From Flavobacteriales bacterium (GTDB taxonomy: Bacteria; Bacteroidota; Bacteroidia; NS11-12g; UBA955), in the NCBI GenBank assembly GCA_947457565.1, contig CANGWH010000004.1, positions 149 through 64,148 on the forward strand: 64,000 nt of DNA. Direction: 5' to 3'. Shown here piece after piece: positions 58,498-64,000 of this stretch. Numbering within the stretch: position 1 is the first letter of the stretch; every line of letters starts with the position of its first letter. The notes below the pieces were generated by a model. That model saw only the letters and a list, made by a program, of their open reading frames with translations. It ran no database searches and was not told where the DNA came from. The translations under genes and the position numbers were made by a program.

Positions 58498-61092
58498 TTA
58501 ACGCATTTGAATTAATGCAGGATTACTCGTTACGGTTTTATTTAATTTCAAATCTCTAAGTAAAGGACTTTTTGGCCTGAGTGAGAATAGCCATTGTTTT
58601 CCATAACCCGATGGAATAAAGGTGAATTCTAACTGCCAACAATGCAAGGATCGAACAACAGTAAACTGAGAACCAGCTATTTCTTTTCGGTTAAAATCCC
58701 AGCCAGTTTGGTAAGCGATTTTCCATTCGTTGGTGATATTTAAATCCCCACCAACCGTAATTCTATTGTTCGTTATTTTGCTTGTATTTCCTCGTAATTC
58801 ACTATTATAGTTCAAGTTATAAGTGAAGTTTAACGACCAAGGAATGTCGAAATCAAAATAATTCCAAGGATTATTGTTTACCTGCGCAAGCTCGTCTTCA
58901 TCAGCGTCTTTGGCTCCTTTCTTGGGTGATTTAGAAGTTCCAGTGATCATGTCTGGCGTAATTCTACTGCTTACACTGGCACTGGCATTTCTAAACCGCA
59001 ATGGTTGATTTTTTTGAGTCCAATAGAATTCATTAATGGCTCTTCCATTTTGAAAGGAATAGAATGAATGCGATGATGAAATACCAATCCTTATTTGTTT
59101 GAATAAAACGGTATTTAAAGTGCTGTTGATATCGGAGAAATTGAGTGAATCGGCAAAGAAATTATAGTTGCCATTAAAGGATAACTGATCAATTAAATTT
59201 ACTTTTTCGAACTGTTTACCTGTACTATCATTTTCAGCTAATTTTTTAGCTTGAAAATTGTTGCTTAATCCATAGGTTAAACTACCACCGCCTAGTTGCC
59301 CATTTCCTCCGTATAAACTATTCGAAAACACGTTATAGTTGATTTTTTTCCCCGAAGAATCGATGTAACTTCTAACCCATCCTTTCTCTTCGGCGTTTAT
59401 TTCCGGTCTGTAAGTAAAGCCGATGGAGGGAGTTAATGTATGTCGGATTGCTCTAATTTTACCCCAGTTCAATTGGTTAAATGTGCCGTAAATGTTGGTA
59501 TTTAAGTTGGCACCTGCGTTATAATCATAAATTCTAAAAAAGCCTATAGAATCAGTGAACGTAACTTTTTTAGTATTGGGATCCCAATGTTGCAAACGGG
59601 CTTTGTGGTACCAAATCTCCCCATAATTTAGATTTGGCGAAATATTAATAGCACCGTTGAATAATTTAATATTTGTGCTGATCGGTATTCTATGTTTAAA
59701 ACCGGATTGTAGACTAGAATTAAATGTATTTTTAAATTGATCACTAAAAATAATTGTATCTTTTGTGTTCAAAATATTCGCTACATTCATGGTATATCCA
59801 AATCGAACTTGGCGTAACCAATGGGTATTATTTCCTGTTTTCCTAGCAAAGGGGGTTAAGGAGGAAACACCAATATTCACATTGGGTAATTCTAATCGAA
59901 AATCTCGGGTTTGAGTATTTTGACTATGTCGGGCAGAAGCCGAAAGATTCACCTTGTTTTTTACGAAGTTTCTTCCGTAATTGACACTAGAGGTAAACTG
60001 ATTATTATTTAGGGATCGAACATCGGTAGCGTTTCGTTTATTGAAATCGCCCGTAACAATATTAATATTACCATTAAAAGAAACTCCCGGAAAAAGTTTG
60101 GGATCCATACTGAATTGGGATACTATACCATAATCAAGATTTTTTTTATATTCGGGATGAGCAAAATCTAAACCATTACCAAATCTGCTTGCTTGCAGCG
60201 ACAATGAACCGCGCCAATGATAGCGTTTTGTGAAGTTAGTTTGGAATTTGCCACGTAAATCACCGTTTAAAAACACATCGGTACTTACTTGAACATCCGC
60301 ATATTGTCCAAGTCCGGTGTAGTAACCTAAATTACTGAGAAAGAAGGATCGATTACTTCTAAAATATCCATAATTGGGCATGAGGATTCCGTTTCGTCTA
60401 CCTTTTTGTAATGGCGCCAAACCAAAGGGTAGGGCAAGTGGGGTAGGGATTCCCATGAAAACCATATTTGCAGGGCCAAACAGCGCTTTATTGTTTGGCA
60501 TTATTTTAATTTTACTGGTATTTAGGTAAAAATGCGGGTGCTCAGCATCGCAAGTTGTTAATTTCCCTGAGGATCCCATAAAACTACCATCGGGTTGCTT
60601 AACCACCGATTTTAGCTGCACATACGCTTCATCTTGCTTTAATCGTAATCCAAAAACTTTCCCCTTTTGTGTTTGTGAAGAATACATCATGGAATCGGCT
60701 TCGTAGGTTTCACCGTTATCGTTAAACAACGGTTTTTCTATGTAATTGCCCAAAGAATCTAATCTTCCCCGTGCATATAGAATTTTTTTGGTTAATCGAA
60801 CTTCAATGTAAGCCGATTGTAACTGGGTGTTTTCGAATTTTACATCGGCATTTTTATACAATTTAGCTAATCCGGTGGCAATATTTAGGTTCAAACTATC
60901 CGAGGACTTGTAGGAAACTGGGTTGGATAAATTTGATTTAGCCGCAGTTTTTATTGTGTCTGATAAATTGGAATTAGTCTTGGTGGTGTCTGATTTTTGT
61001 GCATGAAGGCCTCTACCCAACAATAGGGAAAATAGTAGAATCCACACTTTGGTGGTATTATACCTTATATATAGAAGCAGATTCTTTTTCAA
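58498..61092 (-). CDS. lptD: Putative LPS-assembly protein LptD (Bacteroidota type); ORF track extends to 61269, likely start near TTG 61092
   Basis: LYKNADVKF, TTCDAEHPHFY, PTPLALPFG, GILMPNYG, GYY, RSLHCW, LRDLK; signal peptide ends at GLHAQ. Confidence 0.85.
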   Translation of the reverse strand: MKKNLLLYIRYNTTKVWILLFSLLLGRGLHAQKSDTTKTNSNLSDTIKTAAKSNLSNPVSYKSSDSLNLNIATGLAKLYKNADVKFENTQLQSAYIEVRLTKKILYARGRLDSLGNYIEKPLFNDNGETYEADSMMYSSQTQKGKVFGLRLKQDEAYVQLKSVVKQPDGSFMGSSGKLTTCDAEHPHFYLNTSKIKIMPNNKALFGPANMVFMGIPTPLALPFGLAPLQKGRRNGILMPNYGYFRSNRSFFLSNLGYYTGLGQYADVQVSTDVFLNGDLRGKFQTNFTKRYHWRGSLSLQASRFGNGLDFAHPEYKKNLDYGIVSQFSMDPKLFPGVSFNGNINIVTGDFNKRNATDVRSLNNNQFTSSVNYGRNFVKNKVNLSASARHSQNTQTRDFRLELPNVNIGVSSLTPFARKTGNNTHWLRQVRFGYTMNVANILNTKDTIIFSDQFKNTFNSSLQSGFKHRIPISTNIKLFNGAINISPNLNYGEIWYHKARLQHWDPNTKKVTFTDSIGFFRIYDYNAGANLNTNIYGTFNQLNWGKIRAIRHTLTPSIGFTYRPEINAEEKGWVRSYIDSSGKKINYNVFSNSLYGGNGQLGGGSLTYGLSNNFQAKKLAENDSTGKQFEKVNLIDQLSFNGNYNFFADSLNFSDINSTLNTVLFKQIRIGISSSHSFYSFQNGRAINEFYWTQKNQPLRFRNASASVSSRITPDMITGTSKSPKKGAKDADEDELAQVNNNPWNYFDFDIPWSLNFTYNLNYNSELRGNTSKITNNRITVGGDLNITNEWKIAYQTGWDFNRKEIAGSQFTVVRSLHCWQLEFTFIPSGYGKQWLFSLRPKSPLLRDLKLNKTVTSNPALIQMR

Positions 61093-61206
61093 TTCGGTGC
61101 GAAATTCGACAAAAATTTTAGAGTTATTTACTGATTCGGCACAATTTTGGAATAATGCAAGTTGAAAATCGATTAACGCGATAACTCCGAAAAAAATTTG
61201 TAATAA

Positions 61207-62043
61207 ATGCAAAGGTTGAAATTCATAACGGTAAAAAGTGCAAAAGCCATTGGATTTAGTGTTTTGCATTTGCTATGTGTGTTGGTTATCTTGTTGGGTT
61301 TGCCTGGAGCTAAGTCTGTGAGAGTGGTAAATTCATTAAAGACACTTGTCATTGATGCAGGTCATGGTGGGGTAGATCCGGGATGTAATGGCGCCAATGA
61401 AATTACTGAAAAACAGGTAACTTTAGGGGTGGCACTTAAACTTGGGAAAATACTCGCCGATAGTATGCCGGAGATTAAGGTTGTATTTACCCGCACATCG
61501 GATAAAACATTGAAGTTATCGGAGAGGCCTGAATTGGCCAATAAAAATTCTGCCGATTTATTTATTTCTATCCATTGTAACGCCAATAATAATGTATCGG
61601 CAGCGGGTAGTGAAACGTATTTTATGGGTTTGCATAAATCCGAAGGTAATCTGGAAGTGGCAAAGCGCGAGAATTCGGCCATTACCTTTGAGTCGGATTA
61701 TCAAGATAATGTGCGATACGGAGGATTCGATCCCAATTCTCCCGAAGGACATATAATATTCTCGTTGGTTCAGAATGCTTTTATGAAGCAAAGTTTAAAA
61801 CTTGCTTCTGGCATTGAAAATCACACAGGAAAATTAAGCCCGATTAAAAGTAGGGGAGTAAAGCAAGCCGGTTTTTTAGTGTTGTGGCAGACCTCTATGC
61901 CCAGTGTATTAGTGGAAACAGGTTTCTTAACCAATTCGTCGGATAGGAAGGTGTTAAAGACAGAAGAAGGCCAGCGTAAGATTGCTATTGGGATTTACCG
62001 GGCAATAAGGGATTACAAGATTGGATTAGAAGCTTCCAAATAG
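61207..62043 (+). CDS. N-acetylmuramoyl-L-alanine amidase (Amidase_3)
   Basis: VIDAGHGGVDPG, EKQVTL, ADLFISIHCN, GSETY, AKRENS, RGVKQAGFLVL, MPSVLVETGFLTN. Confidence 0.95.
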   Translation: MQRLKFITVKSAKAIGFSVLHLLCVLVILLGLPGAKSVRVVNSLKTLVIDAGHGGVDPGCNGANEITEKQVTLGVALKLGKILADSMPEIKVVFTRTSDKTLKLSERPELANKNSADLFISIHCNANNNVSAAGSETYFMGLHKSEGNLEVAKRENSAITFESDYQDNVRYGGFDPNSPEGHIIFSLVQNAFMKQSLKLASGIENHTGKLSPIKSRGVKQAGFLVLWQTSMPSVLVETGFLTNSSDRKVLKTEEGQRKIAIGIYRAIRDYKIGLEASK

Positions 62044-62172
62044 CATTTTAGGTTATTCGATCTTGGTGGATTTGTAAAATATCCATGGTTAAAATGTAAT
62101 TTTTTTTACAATTTTCTTGCAACCTATTGAAGAAAATGCGTCATTTGTGAAAACTAACTATATATATATTCT

Positions 62173-64000
62173 ATGAAATCAACAATTACAAAACTTAAAA
62201 GCCTTGTGCTTACTGGGGTTTTGTTGGGAGGATTCTTCTCAACAGTATCCCTGAAAGCGCAATGCCCAACGCAATGTACAGGGACAAATTCCTGGGGTTG
62301 CGGTGGTGCACTGGTGGGAAGCGGAACGGATTACCCAGGAGACATTCTTGCGGTAGAAGTTAAAGATTCCAAAGGTTCTTCACTGGCTTCTTACAGTGGA
62401 CTTGGATGTACTACTGGAACTGCAGCAAGTACGTACAAGGGTGTTTTGAATCAGGGTAAACCATTTGATTTAACTGCTGGTGAAGTTATCAGCGTTACGG
62501 TAGATGGTGGTTCTTGGGCTACTCAAAGTTGGGGTACTCGTGTAGGTATTTGGATTGACGCTGACAGAAATGGTCAGTTTGTACAAACTGAATGTCTTGT
62601 TGACCCTGCTAGTAACGTGGCTTCAGGTCCTGTTACATACACTTTGAAAATGCCATGTTGGAAAACAACTGGTTGTTCTTTCTTACGTATTCGTGGTGGA
62701 GCTTCTGTTTATAACATGGCTAACACTTGGGGTTGTAACCAACAAAATACTTACGGAAACGTATTAGATTTAGAGGTTAACTTGAAATTGGGTTCAACGC
62801 CTGTTGCTAACTTCACTGTACCATCTTCTAATAACTACGTTAACTCTTTGGTTAGATTCAATGCGATTAATCCAAGCAATGGATATTCGTACAGATGGAC
62901 GTTCGATAAAGCTGCTACACCTCCGTACACTGGATTTAATAACAATACTTCCAAAGGTGCTGCCAAATGGATGAGCACTGGTAACGGCGGTCCAGGTGCT
63001 GGTAAATATGATGTTAAGTTACACGTAAGTTATTGCGGTATAGCGGATTCTATCACTAAACAGGTTACTATTGTGGCTCCAACTTTGGCGCCTAAAGCTG
63101 ATTTTATTGCTTCGGACAACGAAGTTGAGGTTTATTTTGATGTTCAAATGTTTGATTTGAGCAATAATGGTGCTTATAAATGGAATTGGGAACTTACTTC
63201 TCCAACCGGAATTGACGACCAAGCTTCAAACGATCAGAATCCTACATTTAATTTACAAGAAATTGGATGGTACAATGTATGTCTAACCAGTGAGAATGAT
63301 ATCGGAAAATCAAACAAAGTTTGTAAAAACCGTTATGTAGAGTGTATTTCTCCTACAGAGTATATCATGGGTCCTCAGACAAATTCTCAGGCTCGTGCGG
63401 GTACAATTTATGACCACGCTTATACTAATGACTATAGCAATAATCGTAAGAGAACTATTGACTATTTCAAAATCGTACCTTGCGGCGCTGAGAAAATAAC
63501 ATTAACGTTTGCTCAATTAAAGTTGAACGATGCAGGTGATAAATTACGTATTTATGATTTTGATGAAGAGAATCCTAGTAAATTAGTTGCAACTATCGAT
63601 GGTACTAATTTCACTAAGTATGATACTACAGCTATTGTTCTAAATAGTGGTGTAGCTTATTTGACATTCGAATCTAACGGTACGGGTGTAGCTGCTGGTT
63701 ATATCATTAACTGGGATGCTAAATTGAGACCTGCGGTTAAACCTGAGGCTAACTGGTCTTTAGAATATAATCCGGTGGCTGTAGGTACTACTGTAACGTT
63801 CAAAAACGAAACAAAAAATGCTCAGGGTATTCCTGAATACGAGTGGAATGTATTGGATGATGCCTTCAATGATGTTGATGGACCATTTACTCCAACTGAT
63901 TTAACCTATAGTGGGTTCTTCACCGATGGAGACTATTACATGATGTTGATTGCTAGAACTTGTACAGGTGTTGATACATTCATGAAGAAATATGGTGTAT
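62173..64000 (+). CDS. Large secreted protein (partial, runs off the window): GEVED-like, PKD and CUB-like domains; probable T9SS cargo
   Basis: Translated by hand from ATG 62173 with no stop before 64000. Signal peptide MKSTITKLKSLVLTGVLLGGFFSTVSLKAQ. GEVED-like IWIDADRNGQF...LRIRGG...YGNVLDLEVN. PKD PVANF and PKADF...DLSNN...WNW. CUB-like ITLTF...GDKLRIYD...LTFESNG. Confidence 0.8.
   Translation, partial: MKSTITKLKSLVLTGVLLGGFFSTVSLKAQCPTQCTGTNSWGCGGALVGSGTDYPGDILAVEVKDSKGSSLASYSGLGCTTGTAASTYKGVLNQGKPFDLTAGEVISVTVDGGSWATQSWGTRVGIWIDADRNGQFVQTECLVDPASNVASGPVTYTLKMPCWKTTGCSFLRIRGGASVYNMANTWGCNQQNTYGNVLDLEVNLKLGSTPVANFTVPSSNNYVNSLVRFNAINPSNGYSYRWTFDKAATPPYTGFNNNTSKGAAKWMSTGNGGPGAGKYDVKLHVSYCGIADSITKQVTIVAPTLAPKADFIASDNEVEVYFDVQMFDLSNNGAYKWNWELTSPTGIDDQASNDQNPTFNLQEIGWYNVCLTSENDIGKSNKVCKNRYVECISPTEYIMGPQTNSQARAGTIYDHAYTNDYSNNRKRTIDYFKIVPCGAEKITLTFAQLKLNDAGDKLRIYDFDEENPSKLVATIDGTNFTKYDTTAIVLNSGVAYLTFESNGTGVAAGYIINWDAKLRPAVKPEANWSLEYNPVAVGTTVTFKNETKNAQGIPEYEWNVLDDAFNDVDGPFTPTDLTYSGFFTDGDYYMMLIARTCTGVDTFMKKYGV

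Noticed and set aside
61093..61269. Apparent 63-bp head-to-head overlap of lptD and the amidase
   Set aside because: The ORF-track start is an upstream extension. The signal peptide indicates an lptD start near 61092, which removes the overlap.

Overview
Chromosomal window from a Bacteroidota bacterium, judged from T9SS cargo, SusC/SusD, fused SecDF and TAnnTTTG promoters. Housekeeping and envelope genes (meaB, tsaD, tamB, uppP, ftsX, purL, polX, secDF, lysA, lptD, amidase) surround a ~21 kb T9SS surface-protein locus at 13204-34587. That locus holds three tandem pairs of type-B-CTD cargo plus PorP/SprF. The two outer pairs are paralogous, and their PorP barrels carry a C-terminal SPOR-like extension. 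The middle pair is a 3272-aa SprB-like adhesin with 31 repeats and a plain PorP, preceded by a minimal OmpA-like lipoprotein. Each cassette may therefore bring its own peptidoglycan anchor, which is the most interesting inference here. Also present are a SusC/SusD cluster with no glycosidase, a PolX with a degenerate polymerase site, a non-lipoprotein GldJ/K-like protein, and a large secreted protein running off the right edge that is missing from the ORF track. No rRNA, tRNA, CRISPR, transposase or integrase was recognised. All family calls come from motif recognition by eye, not database searches.
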